A DNA stretch of 61,702 bases, filler included, from Bacteriovoracaceae bacterium (GTDB lineage: Bacteria > Bdellovibrionota > Bacteriovoracia > Bacteriovoracales > Bacteriovoracaceae): the NCBI GenBank assembly GCA_018649885.1. It is 5 parts of 5 records of this genome, joined end to end, with 100 filler letters (N's around TTAATTAATTAA, not from the genome) between each part and the next. Parts side by side here need not be neighbours in the genome. Positions count along the whole stretch, not along the records: positions 39,781 to 44,008 come from JABIHA010000101.1; positions 44,109 to 57,779 come from JABIHA010000060.1; 3 more parts are not named here. One strand, 5' to 3'. The position numbers were made by a program, and so were the translations under genes. The notes beneath the pieces are model-generated. The model had not been told where the DNA came from. It did no database searches and worked only from the letters and a program-made list of their open reading frames with translations. Numbering within the stretch: position 1 is the stretch's first letter; the number at the start of each line of letters is the position of its first letter. Below, in pieces: positions 40,279-49,099 of the stretch.

Positions 40279-42982
40279 ATGAAACTAGTTGTTTTTGCTT
40301 CACTATACCTGACTATATTTATTCCACTTTCTTGGTCCTATGAAATTAATGGATTCGAAAGAGTAGTCACTAAAGTTAAACAACGTGTAATTGATGGTGG
40401 AGATGCTATCTCTACATCTTACAATAGACTTCAAAGTCTAGAGTTTACAACAAATTTTGCAAAGTACTGCGGTGGAGGAAATACCCACTCCAAGATTTAC
40501 AAAGCTGCTAAAAGATATGTCAATGAAGGGTCAACAAATGGGGCCATTAGCGTTGGTGATCAATGTCTCAATTTCAGCGATTTTGCTGTACTCGGAATTG
40601 CAGGAAAGACGGTAAAAGAAGTTTCAGATCAAATAAAGATTCACTTCTGGCTAGAAGAAGCAATCAGCACTCGCAAACAAAGCTTGAGCGGAAATATTGC
40701 CAGCCTCGGCAGAGTAATTAAGAGACTAGAGCGCAAACAAAGTTCAAATGAAACAGATCAGTTGATAAATGATTCAATAAAACAACTAAATCAACTTGCT
40801 CATATAGAGTGGGCCATAGAAAACCTTCAAAGAAATAAGCCATCTTTCTGGCTTGGAGAAGGCGCTGACGACTTAAGGGAAAAATATGCTGAGAAAATAG
40901 CAAGATTTGAAATGGCAAGAAACCAAATACTCAAAGACCGTCCAATACTTTATAAAATGAAAAATGCTCTTAAAAGGCAAAAGGCCTTTCTAAGCGAAAA
41001 GAAAGGCTTGACTCCCGACAGTGCCATGAGAAGAGTTGCTTTAGACGACACTCATCCAATTATTCCAGGAAGCGTAAGTCTTATTAAAGATGAATTTCTC
41101 GAAGCCGCTCAAGAGCAAAAAAGCGAGAGTTTAAAACGTTTTTTTGCTCTTGAAAAACTACGCCAGCACGGTGCTTTAAAAAAATACAATGATCTCTCCA
41201 ATATGACAGGGGCCGGATCGATCAAAGTATCACTCCCCCCCCGATAATCGAACGGAGTCAATCAAAATTCGAGATTTGATGGCAGATCTTGCATTAACTA
41301 CGGACCCATCTAGTACACCTGGACTTGAGGGCCTTGCTAGCGTGAAGTGTCATCTCACTAATACCCAATTGGGTCTTGATGCAAAAAAACTAGTAATTGA
41401 GTTTGGGATTAACAGTGCCTTGACCGTCGCATCTTTTGGTGTTGCAGGAGCAGTATCTGCTACGGTTGGTCGTGGAACAATAGGTGCACTGAGAACTACT
41501 GTGGCAGCAGAAACAGTTATGTTGGGCGCCGGCGTGGTCATAGACGGTACTTTTGTCAAACAAACTCTAGATAGATGTAGCTCGCTCGAGAGCAGTCTCG
41601 CTTCTGGAGCTAGTACTAAAGAAACCATTGCTGAAATAGAATCATGTAGAAGTATGGCCTCAGTGGAAATCACGATGGCCGTTGTCGGGAACATAATGGG
41701 CCTCGGTCAAGTAGTAAAGTCTCTAAGAAAAATTCCTTCCGCTCGTGCTGCTACAGATGTTACACAAACTGGAACTGCAGTAGGTCTTGCAGAAATGAGA
41801 TCGAGCACCCGAGGGAGATACACAGCAGTTGATAGTTGGAAATCAAATGAGGAGTGGCTGGCCAATGCAAAGGCAATTGCTCCAAACGCTAGTCAAGAGC
41901 AAATGGAGGCCATCGCGAGAGCTCACAGTCACCGACCTGACATATACCCTTTAAATATGAACAATCCCGATCACATTCGAATTGCAGCTGAGAAATATAG
42001 GATGCTTCGAGCTTCGGGCTTGACAACTCAACAGGCAAGGGACTTGATGGATGTGGGTGTTGCTGGAGCACCTGTAGGCGGAGATGGATTCAATTTAGTA
42101 CAATGGGTTAAGGATCGAGTTTCAAAACCTGAACAAAGCCAAGTGCGAGACCCAAGGATTAGAATCATTGGCCGACGATCACCCGAGTCTTCTGGAATAC
42201 GTATCATTGGCCGAAGTGCTCAAAGAGAAGTATCTCACCAAGGACGATTGCGCGCCCCTCAAGGTAGTTTTTTTGGACTTGAAACTTCTTCAATACAAAG
42301 GCCAATATATGGAGGAAAAGAAGTTGGAAAAATGCGGCCAGGTGAGTTTATAGGACAGAGTGACGGTTACACTTGTTCATGTAGATCAAGAGCAAACGGC
42401 TTACTGCAGCTTGTAACTAAAAATGCAAGTGATGGTGTATCCCCTCAAGTACTGTCAAACCTTAATGAAATTTCAGATCGAGGTTATCGATCTGCGACGG
42501 GTGGAAAACTTGGCACTTATCTGGATGAATATAAAGCGAGAACTGGGCTAAACGATGCGCTTGCGGAACGAGGAATGAAAATAAAGAGCACTGAAACTGT
42601 AATTATGAGTAAGTCAGGAATGGACCGACAAACTACTCGCGCGCACAAACTATCTTTTGTGAAAAGCACTTTTGAAGAAGCTGAGAAAGCAATAAAATCG
42701 GGTAGTGGATATGCGGTTTTGCATATGGGTAATGGAATTAAAATTGGTGGAATTCAACAACATGCAATCTCTGTTCTCGATGTGGATTTAGAAAAGGGAT
42801 TTATAACAGTTATGGACCAACTTGACCAAGGAAGGGTTGTAAAATATTCACTCGACGAGTTTGTAGACGCCATTGATGAATCAAGACCTGGTTCAGAAAT
42901 GCATGTTATAACTGAAAGAGTTGTTGACTCTCGCACAAATTCAAACCTGAGCCCCGATGAAATTGCCCGTCGACTAGAGTAA
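40279..42982 (+). CDS. ~900-aa secreted multidomain protein split at a C8 tract; C-terminal papain/C39-like domain
   Basis: signal peptide; C8 at 41235-41242 (C7 fuses the two ORFs); GQSDGYTC...HAISV...VMDQ. Confidence 0.65.
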
Positions 42983-43194
42983 ATCACCATTTTTTAGTTA
43001 CTCTTTTAATGCAGAATATTGAAACATTGGCATAGAGAATATGTAGACATTGGCATAGACTTTGCGATTTAGTTTCCTAAAAGGGCGGTTTTCTTCTTAG
43101 ATATTTGCCATTAAATTAACTGGCAGGGTAGGGGTAATACAGCAAGACAGCATAAACAGCTTTCAGCAAGCAGTTAGACAGTAATGAGCAAAGG

Positions 43195-43868
43195 GTAAGT
43201 GATACTTTTCATGAGCGATGCGTTTAATTTATAATGTATTTTCGTAAATTCCTGCAGGTACTATCGACTTCTTTTTTATTAATAAGCGTATTAATCCACT
43301 CTATTTCGGCAATTGAAAAGTTTTGTTTTTTGATATCACTGTAAGGATAATCGATACAGTTTTCAACCATTCTCGTACGAATAGGATTTTGGTAGATATA
43401 ACGTATAACATGAAAGTAATATTGATCATTTTTAATTAAACTCCATTTGTATGGAGCACCAAAAATTCTATTAATTCTTTTTGCCTGGCGAGAAATTTTA
43501 GCTCCTAAATTCTTGTTAAAGAAGTGCATAAACTTGTCGATATTTGCATTGGGTGTGTGAATACATAGGTGATAGTGATTATTCATAAGAACGAATGCAT
43601 CGATCTGTATATCAAATTTTTTAACGGATTCACTTAAGAGTTGATTTGAATATTTCCACACGTCACATATTGGAATATAAAACCATTCTTTATTATTTGA
43701 TCTGCTTGTAATGTGATAAGGACAAGAATCTGTACGTATTAATTTTGCTCTTGGCATGCAACCTCCTTGATTTTTATTAAGGATGCAAATCTAAGAACAA
43801 AATTAAGGATTATATGTATCTGAAATTGTTGAAGTTACTATGCCCTGCTCAGTAAAAGTATCACGTAC
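43195..43868. repeat. 22-bp imperfect inverted repeats flanking the RAYT
   Basis: GTAAGTGATACTTTTCATGAGC (43195-43216) versus GTACGTGATACTTTTACTGAGC (reverse complement of 43847-43868). Confidence 0.7.
43224..43757 (-). mobile_element. REP-associated tyrosine transposase (RAYT, Y1 HUH)
   Basis: MPR...YHITSRSNN, FVLMNNHYHL (HUH), YIYQNP, YPYS. Confidence 0.88.
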
Positions 43869-44008
43869 GAATGCTACTGCTTTAAGCCACTTGGTTTGAG
43901 GATTTATACCTATTTCTTGGAATTAGCAAAAGGCTAAATGTCCCTCTTGTTCGACGTTTCAGTGCTCTAGGCTCAACCCTGAATTTGGAGTTCAGGGTTT
44001 CATTTTTC

Positions 44009-44108
44009 NNNNNNNNNNNNNNNNNNNNNNNNNNNNNNNNNNNNNNNNNNNNTTAATTAATTAANNNNNNNNNNNNNNNNNNNNNNNNNNNNNNNNNNNN
44101 NNNNNNNN
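44009..44108. other. artificial contig spacer
   Basis: N run containing TTAATTAATTAA. Confidence 0.98.
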
Positions 44109-45375
44109 GTTTCTTATATAAGGATTTGGCCAAATCCAGTAGTGAGTTATCATAATCGGGCTTCCAGCTAGGATAGCCTCCAGATTCCTCTAAGTCGAGT
44201 CCAAAGGTAGAGGCCAAGGACTCAACTCGATTTTTTAATCCTGCAAGCTCATTTTGATCAAAAAAACGAAGAGAGGTGTTGATATGCAATTCCCCGTTTT
44301 CTAATTTAAAGATAGCTAAGTTATTACTCAAAGACACTAGTGTCTCATCAGATTTCATTACAAAGCTGTGGGCCCCATGTGGAAAAATTGCGAGTAGGTT
44401 TAAAAGAGATGTTCCGTCACTTTCACTAAGAACTTTCTCATCAGCCGCGTCTGACTTCTGCAGTAGCAAATCAAAATTCCCATCTTCTTCAGGAAGATAA
44501 GTGCTAAGCCTCTCCATTTCTCCTCTTAAAAACCCGTGAAGAACATCAAGATTCTTCTCATCAATAAAAAGGCCTGCACTACACTGCCTTGGAATAATAT
44601 TGTGGGCCTTGCCACCATCAAATGAGGAAATAGAAAAATGTATTCCTGATTTTTTTGCCGAGCTCATCACTTGTGACAAAACCACAATGGCGTTAGCTCT
44701 CTGCCTATGAATATCAATTCCCGAGTGCCCGCCACATGCTCCTTTAAAAATCAGATCATAGGCCCGAGCCCCAGAGGAGGCTTGCACACGCTCCCAAGTA
44801 CGTCTTAAATTGTAGTCAACTCCACCAGCGCAACCAATATAAAAGCTTCCCCACTCCTCAGTATCTAAGTTAATGAGATATTTTCCAGAGAGCATTGAGG
44901 CGTCTAGACCATTTGCTCCATGTAGTCCCGTTTCTTCATCAGAGGTAAAAAGCAGTTCAAGTGCAGGGTGAGGGTGATCAGTGTCTACAATAAAGGCGGC
45001 GGCAGCTGCCATCCCAATACCATTATCAGCACCAAGGGTTGTGCCTTTAGCACAAAGCCAATCTCCTTTGACTTCCAGCTCGATTGGATCATTGTCAAAA
45101 TCAAATCCAAGATCTGGTATGGCATCACAAACCATATCCATATGATTTTGGATTATGACGCTCTTATGCCCCTCTTTACCAGGAGTAGCTGGAACATAGA
45201 CAACAATATTGCCAGCACTGTCGATTTTGTACTGTCTTCCATTATCTTGTGCCAACTTTTCAATATGGCCTCTAATTTTTTCTTCTTTTTTTGAAGGTCT
45301 TGGAATTTGGGAAATTTGAAAAAATTGATCCCATACAATTTTTGGTTCAATTGGATAATTGCTTGGAACACCCAC
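44109..45375 (-). CDS. pepD: aminoacyl-histidine dipeptidase (M20C), 3'-truncated
   Basis: IPRPSKKE, QNHMDMVC, GTTLGADNGIG, DEETGL.GA, NLDTEE, GGHSG.DIH. Confidence 0.92.
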
Positions 45376-45522
45376 TTGCTTCTCCTTAATGATTTAAAAA
45401 AGATTTATACTCCAATTAGCTGCTAGTGACTATGGTTTCAGATTCCATTGTCGCGTCACGTTCTGCCCCCATATGCTGGCATCCACCTTGTCATCACTGC
45501 ATCTATTTTCTATTGTCTGGCC

Positions 45523-46071
45523 ATGGAAAAACTAGAAATTACACAAAGCAAAAATTTTGTAAGCGTAGACACCAAACTGACATGGGACGACTATTTTATG
45601 TTGCAGGCCATGATGGCAAGTTTTAAGTCTAAAGACCCTAACACTGCTGTAGGCTGTGTCTTCGTCGATCAAAATCACCACCAACTTACTATGGGCTACA
45701 ACGGACAAGTTGCTGGAATCGATGAAACCCAAATTCCCTGGGGCAATGACCGGTCTGAGCCATACGTTTTCCAAAAATATGGCTATGTGGTTCACGCTGA
45801 GGCCAATGCTATTTTACACAGCAAATCAAAGCTAGAGGGTAGCAGATGTTATGTGACCCTTTTCCCATGCAATGAATGTGCAAAAATGATAGCCACATTG
45901 AAACTTTCTGAAGTTATCTTTTTATCCGATAAATATACTGGCACTCAAGACAACATAATCTCCAAGAGAATTCTGGACCTAGCTGGTGTGAAATATAAAA
46001 AGCACGAAGTAAGCCCAAAGCTCATTTCGGGACTTGGTGATCATTTTAGCGAACTTTTGGAACACATTTAG
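45523..46071 (+). CDS. dCMP deaminase family (ComEB-like)
   Basis: SKDPNTAVG, GYNG, HAEANA, TLFPCNEC. Confidence 0.9.
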   Translation: MEKLEITQSKNFVSVDTKLTWDDYFMLQAMMASFKSKDPNTAVGCVFVDQNHHQLTMGYNGQVAGIDETQIPWGNDRSEPYVFQKYGYVVHAEANAILHSKSKLEGSRCYVTLFPCNECAKMIATLKLSEVIFLSDKYTGTQDNIISKRILDLAGVKYKKHEVSPKLISGLGDHFSELLEHI

Positions 46072-46216
46072 GTCGGTCTTTTGCGCATAACTACGCAACA
46101 CAGTAAAAACAACTCATCCAGACAACAAAAGTCGGTCAATTCCACTTCTTGATGGTGGGGCTAGATATTGTTAGAATAAAGAGAAACTTTTTTCATAAGA
46201 GCTGGAAAATAGAAGA

Positions 46217-46669
46217 ATGTGGATCGAAAATTTAAAAATTCTTATCCTTGACGACTACGAATCGATTCGGACAATGCTCAAGGCACATCTCAAACAACTT
46301 GATCATAAAGGTGAAATTCTTGAAGCCGCCGATGTTAGTGAGGCCAAAGCACACGTTAATTCTCACAAAGAAAGTATTCAATTCATACTCTCGGATTGGA
46401 ATCTCCCAGATGGTACAGGACTTGAATTTTTGAAATTCGTAAGAGGATTCCCAGAGTTAGCTGAGCTGCCTTTTTTAATGATTACCACTGAAAATGAAAC
46501 AACTAAAATTATAGATGCTGTAAGTGCTGGTGCCAGTAACTACCTCATTAAACCTTGGAATCTTGAGGGGCTAAAAGAAAAGCTTGATTCAAGCTGGTAT
46601 AAACACCACCCCGAAGACGACACCACAGCCACTAAGAAAATTGCGCCAAGAAGAAGAAGAAAAATCTAA
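46217..46669 (+). CDS. CheY-like single-domain response regulator
   Basis: ILILDD, SDWNLPDGTGLE, MITT, YLIKP. Confidence 0.88.
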   Translation: MWIENLKILILDDYESIRTMLKAHLKQLDHKGEILEAADVSEAKAHVNSHKESIQFILSDWNLPDGTGLEFLKFVRGFPELAELPFLMITTENETTKIIDAVSAGASNYLIKPWNLEGLKEKLDSSWYKHHPEDDTTATKKIAPRRRRKI

Positions 46670-46673
46670 AATT

Positions 46674-47306
46674 ATGAAGCCACTTCAAATCTCCAATTTG
46701 TTCATTGCCCTGTGTATTTGTTCAAGCTGTGGTTTTTTAGATGATTATCAAATCAAATCTAATACTCATTTTTTACATGGGTACCCAACTCGCCCCACTT
46801 ATAAAACCCAAGTAAATGCCATTATTCTCACTCCTGCAGGAGATAGAGAGCTTTGGGAATTAAATAAGCTAACAGGCTCCTTGAATAAGACCTTTGTCAG
46901 TGGTGCCTCTAGAACTATTGATTTCCTTCCCGCTATTGGAAACCATGGTGTCATTCCCCAGACGGAAGATGCTCATGGAAACCCCTTGGCCATATTCATT
47001 ATAAGTGGGCCTATGAAAAGGGGCCAAGTGATGAAAGTTTCACCCATAAGTACTATAGGAATTATTGAAAATGGAATACACAAAAATATAGTAATCGCAC
47101 TCAGCTCAAAATCATTTTACAAAGATACGGAAAACTATCGTGAGCTCAAACTGAATTATCCGGTGATATTAGAGCTAGTAGAGAAATATCTGATTAACTA
47201 CAAACATCCTATGAGACTAACTTCGCTTGGCTTTATTGATACAAAGGCCACTCACAAGTTAATCAACAGTACTCATAAAACCTATCAAATTGGCAGACTT
47301 AAATAA
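46674..47306 (+). CDS. degenerate family I inorganic pyrophosphatase-like lipoprotein
   Basis: lipobox CSSC; R.IDFLP..GNHGVIPQT; DGDPLD replaced by HGNPLA. Confidence 0.6.
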   Translation: MKPLQISNLFIALCICSSCGFLDDYQIKSNTHFLHGYPTRPTYKTQVNAIILTPAGDRELWELNKLTGSLNKTFVSGASRTIDFLPAIGNHGVIPQTEDAHGNPLAIFIISGPMKRGQVMKVSPISTIGIIENGIHKNIVIALSSKSFYKDTENYRELKLNYPVILELVEKYLINYKHPMRLTSLGFIDTKATHKLINSTHKTYQIGRLK

Positions 47307-47335
47307 AAAAGAGGGATCATTCGATCCCTCTTTTA
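47305..47335. terminator. bidirectional terminator
   Basis: AAAAAGAGGGATC-ATTC-GATCCCTCTTTTT. Confidence 0.8.
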
Positions 47336-47358
47336 CTTTTGAATAATCTTTGTGGTGA

Positions 47359-48195
47359 TTAGCCACCAATTAACCTTAGTGCGTTCTGTCCCATCACATT
47401 CGCTTGTGTTAGAACTGCTGTTCCAGAACTTTGGAGAATATTTAGCTTCGCATTCTCTGCAGTTACTTCTGCATAGTCTGTATCGCTAATTCTACTTCTT
47501 GCAGCCGAGAGATTTTCTACAAAGTATTGAATCCCTTGGGATGCTGACACCAATCTGTTTTGGGTCGCACCTAAATCTGCACGATTCGCTGCTACAATTC
47601 CAATCGCATCATCAATCGTGTTTAGATTCGTCTGAGCTGACTCTTTATGCGTTACGCCAGTATCTCCCATGCCAAGACTATTAATTGTGGTATTGAGTTT
47701 TTCTTGATCATAGGAAACCCTATCCTCAAAACCATTATTAAAAATCCCAACCTGAAAATCTAGCTTATCTCCTTGACCATTTAGAAGCTTGCTTCCGTTA
47801 AATTCCGTGGTCTGAGTGATCCGTTGGATCTCAGACTTTAGTTGTTGGAATTCAACATCTGAAAAGCCTCTTTCTGTATCACCGATTGTGTCTGAAGCAG
47901 CTTGTACTGAAAGCTCCCTTAGTCTAACCAAGATACTGTTGATCTCATTCAGGCTACCTTCAGCAACCTGCACTAAGCTTATCCCGTCATTTGTGTTTCG
48001 ATCCGCTTGTTTTAGGGACCTAACATGGCCTTTCATTTTTTCTGAAATGGCCAAACCTGCTGCATCATCGGCTGAAGAATTAATCCTCGACCCAGAAGCC
48101 AACTTTTGTAATGCTTTTTCCTGAGCTGAGACTGTCTTACTGAGTGACCTTTGTGCGGCAACTGATGGGACGTTCGTGTTAATTCGAAAACTCAT
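47359..48195 (-). CDS. fliC: flagellin
   Basis: FRINTN, LASGSRINSSADDAAGLAISE, RADLGATQNRL, SRISDTDYA. Confidence 0.97.
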   Translation of the reverse strand: MSFRINTNVPSVAAQRSLSKTVSAQEKALQKLASGSRINSSADDAAGLAISEKMKGHVRSLKQADRNTNDGISLVQVAEGSLNEINSILVRLRELSVQAASDTIGDTERGFSDVEFQQLKSEIQRITQTTEFNGSKLLNGQGDKLDFQVGIFNNGFEDRVSYDQEKLNTTINSLGMGDTGVTHKESAQTNLNTIDDAIGIVAANRADLGATQNRLVSASQGIQYFVENLSAARSRISDTDYAEVTAENAKLNILQSSGTAVLTQANVMGQNALRLIGG

Positions 48196-48334
48196 AATCA
48201 TCCTCCTTTAAGCTTCATACATTCCTCCTTAAAGTGACTAACCCTTCCCGGGTAGTTAGGCATTCCCTGCCAGTTTTGGTTTATTAACACAACAACACCC
48301 ACACCACTTGTAGTGTGAATTTGCTGACAAAGAT

Positions 48335-48361
48335 CTATCGGCAACTAAACATATACAGTTA
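48335..48361 (-). promoter_or_regulatory. sigma-28 (FliA) promoter of flagellin
   Basis: TAAC-N15-GCCGATAG on the minus strand; the leader has several GGA motifs (candidate CsrA sites). Confidence 0.75.
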
Positions 48362-48490
48362 GGAAAAATTTGCCGGAAATTAAATAATAATAAAATTGAT
48401 CCAGTATTTTTTATGTAAATTCAGATAGTTCAGAGGGGAAATTGCTTAGTGAAGTATTTTAGTTTTGACGTCTTAAACTGAAATTTGACC

Positions 48491-48520
48491 AAAAAAAGGG
48501 TCTGGAAAACCAGACCCTTT
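48491..48520 (-). terminator. intrinsic terminator
   Basis: AAAGGGTCTGG-AAAA-CCAGACCCTTT with U-tract on the minus strand. Confidence 0.8.
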
Positions 48521-48546
48521 GGGTAATTTGAGGAGTGTCGAGAATT

Positions 48547-48831
48547 TTACTTCTTTTTTGCAGCCTTCTTTCTTGTGGCTTTCTTCTTTGCAACTTTTTT
48601 CTTAGTTGCTTTTTTCTTAGCAACTTTTTTCTTAGCTTTTTTCTTAGTTGCTTTTTTCTTTGCAACTTTTTTCTTAGCTTTTTTCTTAGTTGCCTTTTTC
48701 TTAGCAACTTTTTTCTTAGCAGCTTTTTTCTTAGTTGCTTTTTTCTTAGTTACTTTCTTTTTTGTAGCTTTTTTCTTAGCTACCTTTTTCTTAGCTGTTT
48801 TTCTTTTAACAGCTTTTTTCTTAGCGGCCAT
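48547..48831 (-). CDS. histone H1-like Lys/Ala-rich protein
   Basis: GGAGG RBS; KKK(A/V)(T/A) pentapeptide repeats; own terminator. Confidence 0.8.
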   Translation of the reverse strand: MAAKKKAVKRKTAKKKVAKKKATKKKVTKKKATKKKAAKKKVAKKKATKKKAKKKVAKKKATKKKAKKKVAKKKATKKKVAKKKATRKKAAKKK

Positions 48832-49099
48832 AACGATCCTCCGTAAAAAAAATGATCATGATTTTATTTAAGAATAAACATAATTTTATTTTAACGCAAA
48901 CAAAAAAAGTACCTTATACCTTCTGAAAAACTCAAAAAAACTATTCATGCCAGTGAAAAACGATGATGAGCACCTATCAGAAATAAGGTTTAACCAGTGG
49001 GGATGGGCATCCCGGCAATTCCCATTTAAATGTGCGCGAGTTATTCATAAAGAAAAAAAGTTGAAAAATATTAAAAAAAAAGAGAAAAACTTGCCGTTT

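Noticed and set aside
43024..43057. Direct repeat ACATTGGCATAGA twice, downstream of the RAYT
   Set aside because: Only two 13-bp copies; not enough to call an array or binding site
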